The notes under the pieces: model-generated
Told to the model about the DNA's origin: nothing
Databases searched by the model: none
Seen by the model: only the letters and a program-made list of their open reading frames with translations
NCBI GenBank assembly: GCA_951406725.2
Contig: OX597830.1
Coordinates: forward strand, 23,870,001 to 23,934,000
Direction of reading: 5' to 3'
Source of the DNA: Octopus vulgaris
Taxonomy: Eukaryota
DNA length: 64,000 bases
Position numbers and translations under genes: made by a program
In this document: piece after piece, positions 11,691-27,539 of the stretch
How the letters are laid out: every line of letters begins with the position of its first letter
Numbering within the stretch: the first letter of the stretch is position 1

Positions 11691-12605
11691 CGCAGAGATA
11701 TATATGTGGTATATAAAAAGTATATATTGTATGCGCATCTTCTTTACATGTTTGTATAAATGATTATATATGTATATGCATTCACACACACACACACATA
11801 TGTATGTATATGTATATGCATGTATATATATATGTATGTATATGTATGTATTATACAAACACACGAACGCATTCAAAGGCTGTTAAACCAACGTAATGTT
11901 GAGCCGTTCATATTCTTTAAAGGCACTTGAATGACATTTTCGGGTACATTTTGAATAAAAGTGATAGATATGTTATTTCTTTTTTTTCTATGTTGAGAGG
12001 AAATATTATATTAGATGAGCTTTCAGTTGCACCACTATGTTCAGTGAATTGTGAAGTTAAGGTAGGAAGAGAGGAGATGCAACGTATTGTGTATATAATT
12101 GAGTTGATAAACAAATAAAATTCGCCTCTAATGGGTACACTGTATGCCTGTTATTTTCACCTGTACACTTCTTTCTTTCCATCTAAGTCGCCATTAGCTC
12201 CATTGATATAAACGTGTATCAGTACATTTGTTGAGTAAGTATGGAGATAGGCAAGCAAGCAGAGGAAACGTATTCGTACAAACGTGTGTGTAATATAATT
12301 CTAATGTATGTATGTATGTACGTACGTATGTATGAACAGGTCCGTTACTTTGCCTCGATCTCTTTCTCTCTGTATATATTTTTCTGTGTCTGTGCATGTG
12401 CTTTCTGTATGAGTGTGTGTGTCTGTGTACTCAAGTGTCTGTGTGCATGCATGTCTATGCGTGTGTGTACGTGTGTGTGTGTGTGTGTGTGTACGTGTGT
12501 ATGTGAAACAGCCTGAATGTTTGTATATTTCTAGCTTTAGAAGTGTGTCGTTTTGTATATCTCTCCGTAAATGTATGTTGTATAATGTCTATAATGGGTA
12601 TACAT

Positions 12606-12655
<50 letters not shown>

Positions 12656-12769
12656 GTATATATATATTATATATATATATGAATGCATGTATGTATATAT
12701 CTACATATACATACATAATACATATATCTATATTTATATATATGTATATATATATATACATACATATAT

Positions 12770-12816
<47 letters not shown>

Positions 12817-12983
12817 GTATATATATATATGTATATTTATGTATATATACATACATACATACATACATATACATATATATATATATACTGATTTATTCTT
12901 TGCTTTAGATATGTCTGCTATCAGCAATGTTTTAAAAGCATCCAGGGATATTAACTTCACGATCACCAACATCATCATTCTCG

Positions 12984-13366
<383 letters not shown>

Positions 13367-13708
13367 CATCATCGTCGTCATCATGATCGGACGGAACTCG
13401 TTGTGCCATCATCCATCTATAGAAGTGATTTTAGTACAATATGTCAATTTAAAAAAAAAAAAAAAAACGCATTTTTATCTGTTGTCACCAGCGCAAATAA
13501 TGCACCATTATTAGAAAGGCTTGGTCTGTCCTTTCTATAGAGAAGATTCTAGAATGCAGGTGGCACTGACACTAAAGATATTTCTGCAGAACGGCCGGAT
13601 AGAATCGATGCATGTGACTTACGGCAGATGGCAGGCAAAATCACTTCCATTGTCGACCACGTCTTGTTGCTTGTGTCAACATCAATATATTATTAATATT
13701 ATTATCAC

Positions 13709-13768
<60 letters not shown>

Positions 13769-13914
13769 TAATAATAATATTTACAATAATAATAATGATT
13801 GTTGTATACGCTGTTGTAGTCGCTGTTGTTGTCGGTGTTGTAGTCCATTATTCTAGTATCTGGTTGCGATCACCGACTTCTTGATACAAAACATGATATG
13901 AGTGCAAGTTCGTG

Positions 13915-13954
<40 letters not shown>

Positions 13955-13984
13955 CATATAGCTGTGTATTTATGTACAGAAGCA

Positions 13985-14545
<561 letters not shown>

Positions 14546-15102
14546 ATAATTATGTATATTTGTATATTTGCAATCGCTCTGTGTAATTTTTCATTGATGC
14601 TTGTTAGCTTCCGTTCAGTTCGGATGAAGTAGATCTCTACTACAAGACGATTCATCCGTGACCAACCCATCTCAGTAATCTAGGACCACATCCTTCAACA
14701 TCATCCCCCATCTGTTTTGACTTTCCTTCCTTTTTTTTTCTTCTTTTTTACTTTTTTGTTCTTTTGATTAACGCAACTGTCATTCGTGTGAAATTTCTAA
14801 CTACTCTCACTGCTGTTTCTAACACATCATGTTACCACATGGAAGCTCACTCGCCGGGTATTTCGTTTGTTGCCTTAAGTAGGATCCATATTTTGCAAGA
14901 TAAAACAGAAGCCATACATTTACCACACATTTACTTGAATGGCTCAAAGAAATTATGTCTTTCAATGTAGCTTGGAATTCATTTCATGGATCCAAAACTT
15001 AACTTACGAGTTTTATTAACTCCATTCTTCAGAACCAAAGTCTTTGATATACTACCACCACCACCACCACCACCACTGCTGCTGCTGCTGCTGCTGCTGC
15101 TG

Positions 15103-15182
<80 letters not shown>

Positions 15183-15298
15183 GAGGAAGAGGTGGAGGTG
15201 GATGATGGTGATGATGATGGTGATGATGATGATGGTGGTGATGGTGATGATGATGATGGTGGTGATGATGATGATGGTGGTGATGATGATGATGGTGG

Positions 15299-15357
<59 letters not shown>

Positions 15358-15381
15358 TTGATGATGTTGATGATGATGATC

Positions 15382-15413
<32 letters not shown>

Positions 15414-16013
15414 GGTGTTGATGATGATGATAATTCTATTGGAACCGTTTCAATCTATTTTAAGCGAATAATGTTCTGCTACTGTTGTACCTCTTACACT
15501 GTATTCACGGCCATTTAAAGAGTCTATTCACATCTATGACGCCATTTCGGGCAGCCTGAATTGTATAGACTAAATGGAATACATTTCTAAGGTCTACTGA
15601 AAAGGCATCTCCTCAAGAATACCAATTGCTGTAATAAACATCAATATTCGCAGAAGCGACGCACACTCCTTGCTTTATTTCGTTTTTCCTCCTCAACATT
15701 GAAGCTAACTTCCGGTTGTACTCGAAAATAATTCCTTTCACACGCTAAGTAAAAGTCTTCGTCCATTATTTAACATGTAAATCTAGACAGGCATCTCGAT
15801 CAGGCAGCAGCACTTCTTGTTAAACTACTGGTTATTAGGTATTCATGTTAGATTAAGCGAGGTTTTTGATAGAGATACACGTTCTTCATTGGTTGCCAAG
15901 GTTTCGTAGAAAGGGAAACAAACCCATTTTCTGTAGTAGCATATTGAACAGTTTCTCTCTCTCACTCTCATTCTTTCTCTCTATGTATGTATGTAAGTAT
16001 GTCTCTCTCTCTT

Positions 16014-16093
<80 letters not shown>

Positions 16094-16101
16094 AATATTT
16101 A

Positions 16102-17015
16102 CTAGCAGACATACCCGGCGTTGCTCGGGATTTAATGGCATAGTTTGTTTATATGGTACAAATAAGTTGAAACATGTGATACGAGGAAGAGCAACATTGA
16201 CGACAAATCATTTATGGAGTAAATGAAGGGCTTATTCGACTAAGTGATATGTCATGTGTCTGTTTGGAAGATTCCAGGCCATAGAATAGTGGGTGATGTT
16301 TGTACGCACCAAAGAGGTCTCAGTGCATATACTCTCCTTTGCGGCTGTCAGCGCTGCCGCCACCACGCTGATCAATCAGTAGACCGGAACTACATGTATG
16401 TGATATATTAAGCCTGTGTGCGCACTCAACAGCACTACATGAGAGAACTCTACATGAAAAAATGACGTGGTAATGGGTGGGATTGGCAAAGAAACGTTTG
16501 AAAACAACACGGTCATGCGATATTTCAGTTTGGAGTTAATAACTGAAGAATATTCTATAGGCTTCGTCTATGCTGAGAAGGAAGACTTTGATACTGAAGC
16601 CAAAAGAAAATAGTTGAATAATTGCTCAGGATTTAACATATTTCAACATATATTTCATAATAAACATAGCGCGTTCCAAGCGGTTTTTATTCCATCAAAT
16701 TGTTACCTATGGTACTACGGTAACAGGCTATTATTGCTATCAATTAGACGATGCAGTTTGAAGTCTACATCGGTTCATCCATTTAATACAACCTACTTAT
16801 ATAATTTCAGTAGCTGTTTTTCCCATTTTGAGTGGACCATTCGGGCAGTCGTATGTGCTCCAGGAAAGGGAGTTTTCTGCCCTCAGAGGCCACATTATTA
16901 ATTATGTGAAAACTTTTAACAGTCTAAAACGATCTCTGGAACATAAGTAATGTATGTTTCCAATTTGGAGAAAATCAGTTGCAAACTTAAGAAGTTCTGA
17001 GGGCTTACACACATA
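16102..17015 (-). mobile_element. Non-autonomous Helitron (3' terminus clear, 5' end unclear)
   Basis: Plus A|CTAGCAGACATACCCGGCGTTGCTCGGG is the hairpin+CTAG end, similar to 1781; 16901-16985 is homologous to 62451-62535. Confidence 0.7.
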
Positions 17016-17114
17016 CATGTATATGTGTCAATATATGTATATGTGTGTGTGTCAATATATATATGCATATTCATGCTTATGTACCTATTTATACAACACT
17101 AACAATAGCAGTAA

Positions 17115-17185
<71 letters not shown>

Positions 17186-17254
17186 GTACTACTACTGCTA
17201 CTGCTGCTGCTGCTGCTACTACTATTACTACTACTAATAATGATAATAATCCTT

Positions 17255-17405
17255 TTTGTTATAAGGCACAAGGCCTGAAATTTGGGAAGGGGGATAGTCG
17301 ATTACATCGACCCAGTACTCAACTGGTACTTAATTTATTGACCCCGAAAGGATAAGAGGTAAAGTCGACCTCGGCAGACTTTGAACTCAAAACGTAAAGA
17401 CGCAT
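17255..17405 (-). mobile_element. SINE family A fragment
   Basis: CGACCCCGAAAGGAT..AAAGTCGACCTCGGC..TTTGAACTCA-like core. Confidence 0.8.
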
Positions 17406-17999
17406 TTTGTTCTTAGGCAATTAGATACAAATTATATACATCATTCATACATTCATACACTTGAAACGTTTATGTTGGGCTTACGAAGGCGTGTGAAACC
17501 TAGGATGGAAAATACTGTAACTGTGCAGAAAGCTTAAAAATCAATGGTGGAAACATAGTTATATGGATGTCGTTGAAATATGGTAAACATATAAGAAATG
17601 GAGAAAATATACAAATACACAGTTTGATAGAGAGAAAGTCACCTACTCTTAGGTGAGAAACCTACAGCGGTGTTGAGCAAGCCATTGGAAACTGCGTGGA
17701 AGCCCTTGCAATGCATTGTACCTGTGATGTGAAAGACCAGTTGTCCAACATTTTTTACCATGTTGATTCGACCTGAGAATTTCTTTAAGACTACTCGTGT
17801 CTGGAATACTCAGCCACTTGGAGGTAATTTAACGAGTAGGACAACTTCCTCAACACTCATCTTCGAAAGCGACAGAGGATATATCAAATGTGAGAAAAAA
17901 ACTAAAACCAAACAGCTGGAACACATTTGATTATAGTAGTGGCTGGTCACTGTTGTGGCTGGGATTAAACAGGCAACAACAACAATAACAACAGCAACA

Positions 18000-18165
18000 A
18001 CATCCCCGACTTCCTACGCAACCGCTGAGCCTGGATGCACATTCATCCATCCGTCGATACTCTCGGTGTTGGGGGTTGACCTGATTTCTCTTCTGCGGGT
18101 CTTACGAATAGCAAAGGACCACGTTTCGGACTTCTCCCACTAATGGGACGAAGACCGCTTCGCTC
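18000..18165 (+). mobile_element. 3' module of a family-B-related SINE
   Basis: Reverse complement of 19505-19672 (CTACGCAACCGCTGAGCCTGGATG...GGACCACGTTTCGGACTTCTCCCACTA). Confidence 0.7.
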
Positions 18166-18539
18166 AACAGCAACAGCAGCTGCGGCAGCCGTTCAAGAAT
18201 TTGGACCTGTAGATCTCCATTTCCAGCGACTTCGAGGGCCACCTCCCAGTGGTGTTAGGCGTCAACGAAGAGCCCTCGACTACAACAAGACGACCAAAGT
18301 TTTTTTTTCCAAGGTCTGGAGTCTCCTGCCCCTAAGCCCTAGACCATCACCTAATCATCCTTACCTGTCTTGTTGCTTAACAACAACAACAACAACAGCA
18401 GCAGCGGCAACTGAAGCCCAAGTTAACGAGATAAGCACTAAATAGTAAGATCGACCTACTAGAAAGTGCAACCAAATCGCCATCAAATAATACCATTTCT
18501 GGCTGAAAATAGAAAGGCACTTGAGAAATGTAATAATTT

Positions 18540-18735
18540 TCTACTATAGGAACAAGGCCTAAAATTTGGGTGGAGGGGTTAGTCGATTACCATTGACTGG
18601 TATTTATTTTATCGACTCGGAAAGAATAAAAAAAAAGTGTTCCTCCGAGGGATTTGAACTCAGAACATAAAGCACAGAGAAATGTAGCTAAAACTGTTTG
18701 TCGGACTCGCTCACGATTCTGCCAACGCATCGTCT
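18540..18735 (-). mobile_element. Diverged SINE family A
   Basis: Degenerate core and GGATTTGAACTCAGAAC. Confidence 0.65.
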
Positions 18736-19504
18736 TAGTTATTTGAAGTAATGTAATATATTTGATAATATATTTGGTGATAAGGGAAAGAGAAGCACGA
18801 CTGGATCAAATGAGCACATTCGATTATACTTCAGTTCCACCGTGTTTGTTCTGGGGTTAAAAAACAACAACAATATCAACAACAACAAATGAAAATTGTT
18901 CGGTAAGTGTAACTTGGGGATTGTTTCGTAAATCATTAATGAGCCGTTGTGAAATTTTTAATTGAGTCTAAAGATTTCAAGCTCTCAGGAATAATATTTG
19001 TTATTACGTTGTCTTAATAGAATACAGATGCAACACCAGCAGCAGCGGAAGCAGCAGCAGCAACAACACCAGCGTCAACATTGCGAGAATGTCTATGAAT
19101 GGAATCTAATAGGTTAAACAAATGATAATAATTAGGACAGGTTTGTAATTACGGCATGATAGCTTTGTAAAAACTAATTATTAGTGACAGCTAGAACATT
19201 GAAAAGTGTTGGAAAGTTCTTGCGTAAACGCCAAATATAATTAGCATGGAATCTAATGGAACCAGATTAATAGGTGTAATTCCAGGAACATGTAAAGATC
19301 TTTCTGTAGAAGATCCCATAACCGAGAAAGGAAACATGCAACAACAACAAGAATAAAAAGAAATAATTTTGTCTCATTTAAGCTTGAGGCCTGCGATATT
19401 GAAAGATGGTTCAACTTATCGGTTTTGAGAAAAAGGTGAGACTGATTCTATGGGTTTTCATGAAGTCAGACTCGGCGCTGCCTGTTCTTGTTGTTGCTGT
19501 TGCT

Positions 19505-19860
19505 GTTGAGCGAAGCGGTCTTCGTCCTAGTGGGAGAAGTCCGAAACGTGGTCCTTTCCTATTTGTAAGACCCGCAGAAGAGAAAGCAGGTCAACCCCCC
19601 CCCGACACTGAGAGCATCAACGGATGAATGAATGCGCATCCAGGCTCAGCGGTTGCGTAGAAAGTCGGGGACAAGAAAGAGTGAGAGAAAGTTGTAGCGA
19701 AAGAGTACAACAGGGGTCACCCCCCCCCCCATGCCGGAGTCTCGTGGAGCTTTAGGTGTTTTCGCTCAATAAACACACATAACGCCCGGTCTGGGAATCG
19801 AAACCGCGATCCTCCGACCGAGAGTCTGCTGCCATAACCATTGGGCCATTGTGCCTCCAC
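19505..19860 (-). mobile_element. SINE with family B head and alternative 3' module
   Basis: Minus GGAGGCACAATGGCCCAATGGTTATGGCAGC.. head as at 994, then a tail shared with 18000-18165. Confidence 0.8.
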
Positions 19861-19934
19861 TTGTTGTTGCTGCTCACCACACTCTTCCTCCATCTCCTCT
19901 TCAGTGTCATCACTGACCATGGCCAGGAAGAAGT

Positions 19935-20182
19935 ATCTGGTCACTAGTTTCAAAATCCTAATCCTTCTATTCTAATATTCTTTCCTCGAACTGTTGTCGT
20001 CTGGAATTCTCTACCAACGTCTTCTTTTCTTCTGGTCTATGACATTCATTTCTTTAAGCTTTCTGTCAATCAACATCTTTTGAATTTGTAGGCCCATTCT
20101 TTCCCTTCTTCGTACTCCATTACGCTAGAGTGGCCTCAAATTTTGTTTGAGATAAAATCGTATAAAAAATAGAAAAAAAAAA
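19935..20182 (+). mobile_element. 3' end of a CR1/L2-group LINE
   Basis: TTCTTTCCTCGAACTGTTGTCGTCTGGAATTCTCTACCA = FFPRTVVVWNSLP, a typical ORF2 C-terminal motif, followed by a short UTR and A-rich tail. Confidence 0.65.
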
Positions 20183-20544
20183 CGGTGCACAAAGTAGTCT
20201 TCTTTGCCAACATCAGAGCCTCAACCGCCAGGACTTTCTCATTCATTTACATTTTCTGTTTTTACTATATTTTCGAGGAAAAAACTGCCAATGATTTTCG
20301 CTTTCACGAATAATAACAACTGGATTATCTACCTTGTGCCGTCGATCTCGTTGGTTTTGGTTCAGTGTCTACAAAAGGAAGTCACTATGGAATTACCTTG
20401 TAATCCAGGTGAGCCATACAGACATGGGAGTCGATGTTTACCAATCACGACCACATATTATTTCCCGCTACTTGTGAGATTTTCACCCGGTCATACTGCT
20501 TTACAAACGCAACAACGAGTAAGCAGATGATGTTACTTGTTATA

Positions 20545-21060
20545 CCTATTTCTTTATTACCCACAAGGGGCTAAACACAGACGGGACAAACAAGGACAGA
20601 CATAGGTATTAAGTCGATTACATCGACCCCAGTGCGTAACTGGTACTTAATTTATCGACCCCGAAAGGATGAAAGGCAAAGTCGACCTCGGCGGAATTTG
20701 AACTCACAACGTAACGCAGACGAAATACCGCTAAGCATTTCGCCCGGCGTGCTAACGTTTCTGCCAGCTCACCGCCTTGTTATATCTCCCGACTATTACC
20801 CTTATGTTGTACCACACCATGCTCTAAATATAAACTTATAAGATGTTTCTTTTCTACTATACGCACAGGGCCTGTAATTTTAGGGGAGGGGTCCAGTCGA
20901 TTAGATCGACCCCAGTATGCAACTGGAACTTAATTTATCGACCCCGAAAGGATGAAAGGCAACGTCGACCTCGGTGGGATTTAAACTCAGAATGTAAAGA
21001 CAGACGAAATACCGCTAAATATTTCGCCCGGCATGCTAACGTTTCTGCCGGCTCGCCGCG
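20545..21060 (-). mobile_element. Two SINE family A copies (20545-20777, 20850-21060)
   Basis: Near-identical to 430-663. Confidence 0.88.
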
Positions 21061-21619
21061 TTATTAGCTGTTTCTTGACTAACCTCTGACTGTACCAAAA
21101 TCGCATCTTCATTCATAAATGCCAGGCAGAGAATTTCTAAAACTGGCTAATGGTCAAAGATTCTTGGTGAGAATATAGCTGATTAAATCAAACTCAATAA
21201 TTGACAAGCTTCCCTTGATTTAGCAAATCCCCAGAATGATTAAAGGTAAAGTTGACCTTAGCAGGATTTGAACTCAGAACACAAGGAGATGCAACTAAAC
21301 GCAGAAAATTTTGTCTAGTTCTCCACTGGTCTTAAGACTCTTCTCTCTGGTATAATCATATTGGCAAAGATTTTTTTTTATTTGCCACAAGGGTAACGAA
21401 AATAAACTGTAACAAAGCTAATTTTGAAGGTAGCTATGACGACGACTATTTTAAACCTCAGTAGTTCACTAGCACTTTATTTTACGAAGGGTGGAAGGTA
21501 AACTTAGTTTCAGTGAGATTTGAACTCAGACGACACAAGGGCATAACTAAATACTACAAGGCATTCGTCACCAGCTCTTACGATTCTGCTAATACATCTT
21601 GTAATGTGGACTTCAAATA

Positions 21620-22425
21620 AGGCGGCGAGCTGGCAGAAACTTAGCGTTCCGGGCAAAATGCTTAGCAGTTTTTTTGTCTGCCGTTACGTTCTGAGTTCAA
21701 ATTCAGCTGAGGTCGACTTTGCCTTTCATCCTTTCGGGGTCGATAAATTAAGTACCAGTTAGGCACTGGGGTTGATGTAATCGACTCAATCCCTTTGTCT
21801 GCCTTTGTTTGTCACCTTTATGTTTAGCCCCTTGTGAGCAATAAAGAAATAAGAAACTTTAGCACTTCCGGGTGAAATGCTCAGCGTTATTTCGTCTGTC
21901 TTTATGTTCTGAGTTCAAATTCCGCCGAGGTCGACTTTGCTTTGATCCTTTCGGGGTCGATAAATTAAGTACCAATTGCGTACTGGGATCGATCTAATCG
22001 ACTGGACCCCTCCCACAAAATTTTGGGTGTTGTGCCTAGAGCAAAATAGAATATGGCTTTCAAATTGAGGCATAAAGCCAGCAATTTCGAGGAAGTGGGT
22101 AAGTCAATTACAGCGACCTCAGTATTCAACTAGTACTTATTTTATCGACCCACGAAAGTATCAAAGACAAAGACGACCTTAGCAGATTTTGATCTCAAAA
22201 CATAACGACTGATTATATATTTTGGCACAATGCCAGCAATTACGGGAGAGGGGTAAGTCTATTACACCTACGTCAGAGTTGAACTGGGCCTTATTTTGTC
22301 GTACCTCGAAAGTATGAAAAACAAAGTCGTTCTTGGCGGATTTTGAACTCAGAACATAAAGACGGACGAAATAGTGCTAAGCATTTAGCCCGGAATGCTA
22401 ACGATTCCGCCAGCTCACCACCTCA
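21620..22425. mobile_element. Cluster of SINE family A copies: plus-strand dimer 21620-22050, minus-strand copies 22055-22425
   Basis: Head GGCGGCGAGCTGGCAGAAAC at 21621; repeated cores in both orientations. Confidence 0.85.
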
Positions 22426-22499
22426 ATACGCCTAATAGTATTAACACCTAGCATAAGCAGAGGACTATAGATAGTTTGAGTGAATGTAATATAAGATGC

Positions 22500-22592
<93 letters not shown>

Positions 22593-22724
22593 CGATCTTA
22601 TCGATAATGGCACGAAAATGTAATGTTTTTGGCCAATAACTGACAAGGAATGAGCATGTCTTCCTCTTGTGTCTATCATTTTACTGTCAGTTTATTTGTG
22701 GTCAAAGATACATACATACACACA

Positions 22725-22885
22725 CACGTATACGGCGGGTTTCTTTCGGTTTCTGTCTACCAAATCCACTCACAAGGCTTTGTCGACCAGAGGTTACAGT
22801 AGAAGATATTTGCCCAAGTCGCCACGAACACAGGACTGGAACCGGAACTATGTGGCTGAGAAGGAAGCTTCTTACAACAAAACAC
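22725..22885 (-). mobile_element. Diverged SINE family C 5' part
   Basis: TCTACCAAATCCACTCACAAGGCTTTG..TTGCCCAAG matches 37750-37820. Confidence 0.7.
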
Positions 22886-22896
22886 ACCCACACACC

Positions 22897-22931
<35 letters not shown>

Positions 22932-23293
22932 TTATCTGTTTATTTGTTTATCTATCCATCCATCCATCGTCCTCTCTTCTCTCTGTATTTCTTCGTGTTT
23001 CGCTGACACATGATCCGTTTTTATAAAGAGTATTACATTCTTTTGTCAGTATTTGGTAAGCTCACTCTTTGTTGATGTTTAAGCCCTGGTAGCAACGACC
23101 GATGCACAAAGGCATTCCAGCTGTGACCAACTAGATATTTAGTGAATTAAATTATATATAAATTTTATAGATGGCTGAAGAAACAAAGTGTCTCCCACTC
23201 GCTCCGATTGTGTGTTCACTTTAAGAATCACACATCCATCCATCCATCTATTCATCCACCCAACCAACCAACCAACCACCCGTCAATCTATCC

Positions 23294-23365
<72 letters not shown>

Positions 23366-23949
23366 GCCTAACTACGCATGAAGTTTTCCATACATCTAAC
23401 CATATATACCTCACTTCAGCCCTCTGCTCGTTTATTTGCTCGCCTGCGTGTCCACCTACGTGCCTACCTGTCGGTCTGTCTCTCTGCCTGTTAGTTAGCG
23501 TGTCTATATTTCTACATACACTTCACTTGATATCTCCCCTAACACACGATCCGTCTTCTTAAAGAATATTACAAGTTTTTGGTCAATGCTTGTAGTCTCA
23601 TTCCAGCATCGTTATTGGTGTCCAGTCTTGGTCAATGTGACCTACCATCAAAGGTATTCCAACTGTGACTGTCCACTAATTTTATTCACACACACAGTGT
23701 ACTGCATAACATTATCCAATGTGTCCACCGGTCTTTAAAGTTGGTTGTATGATATATGAGAGAGATTTGGCTGCCGATCAAGGCACCACATTCGAACACT
23801 GGAGCGAGTCTCTATTCGGCCGTCCAGCTTGCTAGATATAGCAAACAAACCCTCTCCATTGCACGTAATGATCTTGAAAAAAGGATAGCATGTTGGTTAA
23901 TGTACAACGTGATATATGAAAATCATGGTTGGTCATGTCTGGAATACCG

Positions 23950-24425
23950 GCGTAGATAACAAGTTCGCTTCACGATTACTTGGTTTCGGGTTCGGTCTAA
24001 CTGCGCAGAAATTTAGGCGAGTATCTCTTGTTACCGTTTCTCACGAACCGATGACTTATGAATAAATTTAGGAGACGGAAAGTACGCAGAAGAACGTCTT
24101 CTGAAGGCGTATATAAATATATGCGTATGTATGTGTGTAGGTATGTGTATGCTTGTGTTTACATGTTATTTGTTTGTGTGTGTGTATGCACGTGTATATT
24201 TGCAAACACATATATATGCGTGTACGCTGCTGTTTGTGTTTAATCCACCATACCGCTTGATCAAACGGTGTTGGTTTCTTCAGCCCCATCGCATCGCGGT
24301 CAGAAACAGAAAATAAATATAATACGTAGTACATAAAAATAGCAGTGTCATCGACTTTTATGACAAAACCCTCCAAGAATGTGCCCCGACATGACCCCCG
24401 TACAATGACTGAAACAAGTAAAACA
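23950..24425 (+). mobile_element. Highly diverged SINE family C
   Basis: GGTTTCGGGTTCGGTC head remnant, ACCGCTTGA..CGGTGTTGG, CAATGACTGAAACAAGTAAAA tail. Confidence 0.6.
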
Positions 24426-24863
24426 TCAAAAACACCAGGACCGATTTGATTCATTTAGTGTTTGTTTTATTTCCGTCCTGACACCCTGGCGCTGAAGAAG
24501 AATTTTGTCCGAAACGTCGTATATTCCACGTCCGATAGTAATTTCACTGTACACTTTCTTTTGCTTCTTAAATAGTGTCTGCCCAGCTGTAAAAAGCTTC
24601 TACTTATATAATCAACACTTTATTCAATTCTATAGAATTTTCTCCTTCCAAATTATTGTTTATCATAAGTTGCCGCCCGTTCCGCGATACAGACTGCTAC
24701 AGACGAGAATATTTAGGAGACAAGAAATAACAGTGAAAGAAAACAACAATGAAGACAAACAAGAATCACAGAACCACTATGGATATCTGCCGTGAAAGAC
24801 TCAACTCCTGTTGCTATATTTACTAAACAACAACAACAGCAACAACAACAACAACTACTACTA

Positions 24864-25006
<143 letters not shown>

Positions 25007-25265
25007 GCAACAACAACAAAAACAATACACACTGAAATATACGCACAAACATTTATGATCATTATCGTCATCACCACCACCACCACCGTCATATCATCGT
25101 TGTCGTCGTCATCATCATTGAAATTTCGAAACGTCGAAAATTTGCTTCCCTTCATTACATCCCTATTTTCTAAAATGATTGTAGAAACCTATTTTAACTT
25201 AAAACAATGTCACCTACGACAATAGCTCTCCCTTTCTTTCTCACTCTCTCTCTCTTTCTCTCTCT

Positions 25266-25336
<71 letters not shown>

Positions 25337-25337
<1 letters not shown>

Positions 25338-25752
25338 CAATGTAAAGTATAAAAGCCATCACAATATGGCTAACCACAAAGGGGGAGGTGTTCTGAGATT
25401 TAATAATGCTTACAGTCAGTTTTTCGATATCAGTGGCAGACGTCACTAGAAAAACTCTTATATTTGCAAACAGGCCTTGTCTTTCATCGTGACCTGGTGG
25501 TTACCGTCCATTGATAAGAGACAATAATCTCGAAACTGGTCCGTGCGTATCACTCAGGCTTACGAGGAAGGGATGGCCTCCCTTTGCAAATACTTCAAGG
25601 GCACAGAAAGTGTCTAAAGCCAGCTGGAGAAAACGATGATCTCCTGGGGCTAAAAAGCTACAGTAACACCCCCCCCTTTGTCATTGTGATGGCTTTTATA
25701 CTTTACATTGTCGAGCGATTACTGTTTACATCTCGTTCCGAGATTTAATAAT
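25337..25752 (+). mobile_element. Penelope-like short element with inverted ends and decayed hammerhead-like motif
   Basis: Perfect 29-bp inverted repeat 25337-25365 / 25683-25711; direct repeat GTTCYGAGATTTAATAAT near 25390 and 25735; TTGATAA-GAGA-CAATAA-TCTC-GAAA-CTGG-TC at 25511-25541. Confidence 0.55.
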
Positions 25753-26246
25753 AATATATATACATTTATATATATATATGAAATAATATGATATATTGTA
25801 TGTATATATACACATATCTATGCATATATATTACATATCATAAATAAACACATATACATATATACGTAAATTTATACACACACACATACACGCACACACA
25901 TACACACACGCATATATATATATATGCACATACACATATATGTATGTGTGTGTGTGTGTGTGTATGTACAGCAATGTACGTTTGCAAATTACAAACAAAA
26001 GAGATAAGCACTGAATATATGATAAAGAGATTAGCTTTGTAGCTTAGCAATAGGAGATTAGCACCAGTGGTACTCAGAGCTTCACACACATTGAGTATCG
26101 TGTGATTGAACAGATAGTTTTAAGTATGATCACCAAATTGTCCGATCGATCACACGCCTGTACTTTACTTTTGCGAAACTCCATTCAACTATAGAGTCAA
26201 TCCCAAATTGTTCATATCCGCGCTTACACACATTTATATGTGTATA

Positions 26247-26349
<103 letters not shown>

Positions 26350-26374
26350 GCGAGCTGGTAGAAGGCGTTTCTAA

Positions 26375-26600
26375 GGCGGCGAGCTGGTAGAAACGTTAGC
26401 ACGCCGGGCGAAATTCGTAGCCGTATTTCGTCTGTCGTTACGTTCCGAGTTCAAATTCCGCCGAGGTCGACTTTGCCTTTCATCCTTTCGGGGTCGATAA
26501 ATTAAGTACCAGTTACGCACTGGGGTCGATGTAGTCGACTTAATCCCTTTGTCTGTCCTTGTTTGTCCCCTCTGTGTTTAGCCCCTTGTGGGTAGTAAAG

Positions 26601-26605
<5 letters not shown>
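26375..26605 (+). mobile_element. SINE family A monomer
   Basis: Complete head and core. Confidence 0.9.
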
Positions 26606-26646
<41 letters not shown>

Positions 26647-26852
26647 GGAAGAGAGAGAAAGAGAAGGTGACATACATGCACATATATAACACATATATAT
26701 ACACACACACTCATACATATATGCATATGAAGAAGTGAAAGAGAAAATGTGATACTTAGAAACAGAGATTTTGGCAGATATAATAACCTGGTAGAGACGT
26801 AGTTAAATACGGACATGGGCATATGTGTGTATTTATGTGTAGCTATGTTTGT

Positions 26853-26891
<39 letters not shown>

Positions 26892-27019
26892 CGTGTGTGT
26901 ATATATATACAGATACAGAGAGAGAGGGAGAGAGAGAGAGAGGGAGAGAGAGAGATAGAAATATAGATAGTTGGAAGTAAATGTAGAAGTTTATATATAA
27001 ATACATTTCTCTGTCTCTG

Positions 27020-27058
<39 letters not shown>

Positions 27059-27125
27059 CTTTTTACATTTATATTTATACATCTAAGCGTATGTGAATAT
27101 ATCAATGTATATACACCCACACAGA

Positions 27126-27235
<110 letters not shown>

Positions 27236-27539
27236 CATGTACCTTCACTTACATATATATATATATATTGCTATATATGAAAGATGGGGATACAGTCGTG
27301 CCTGCTTACACTTGAATATACACATATATGCAATACATACAATTATATGGATGTTCATACGTACATGTACACACACATACAAACACAAATATACATGCAA
27401 ATTTTTATATGTATATAAATATATACTGCTGTACAGCAATACAATATGTACGTCCACTTACTTATACGTACATGCACATATGTAGCCGAGAGAGGTGTAT
27501 TAAGTGGAGTTGAAGAAGTGGAAGAATGAAAGAATTTAC

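Noticed and set aside
13541-13634. Possible plus-strand exon EDSRMQVALTLKIFLQNGRIESMHVTYGRWQ
   Set aside because: No canonical donor at the end and no recognisable homology; likewise 12000-12061 and 19383-19435 were too weak to call.
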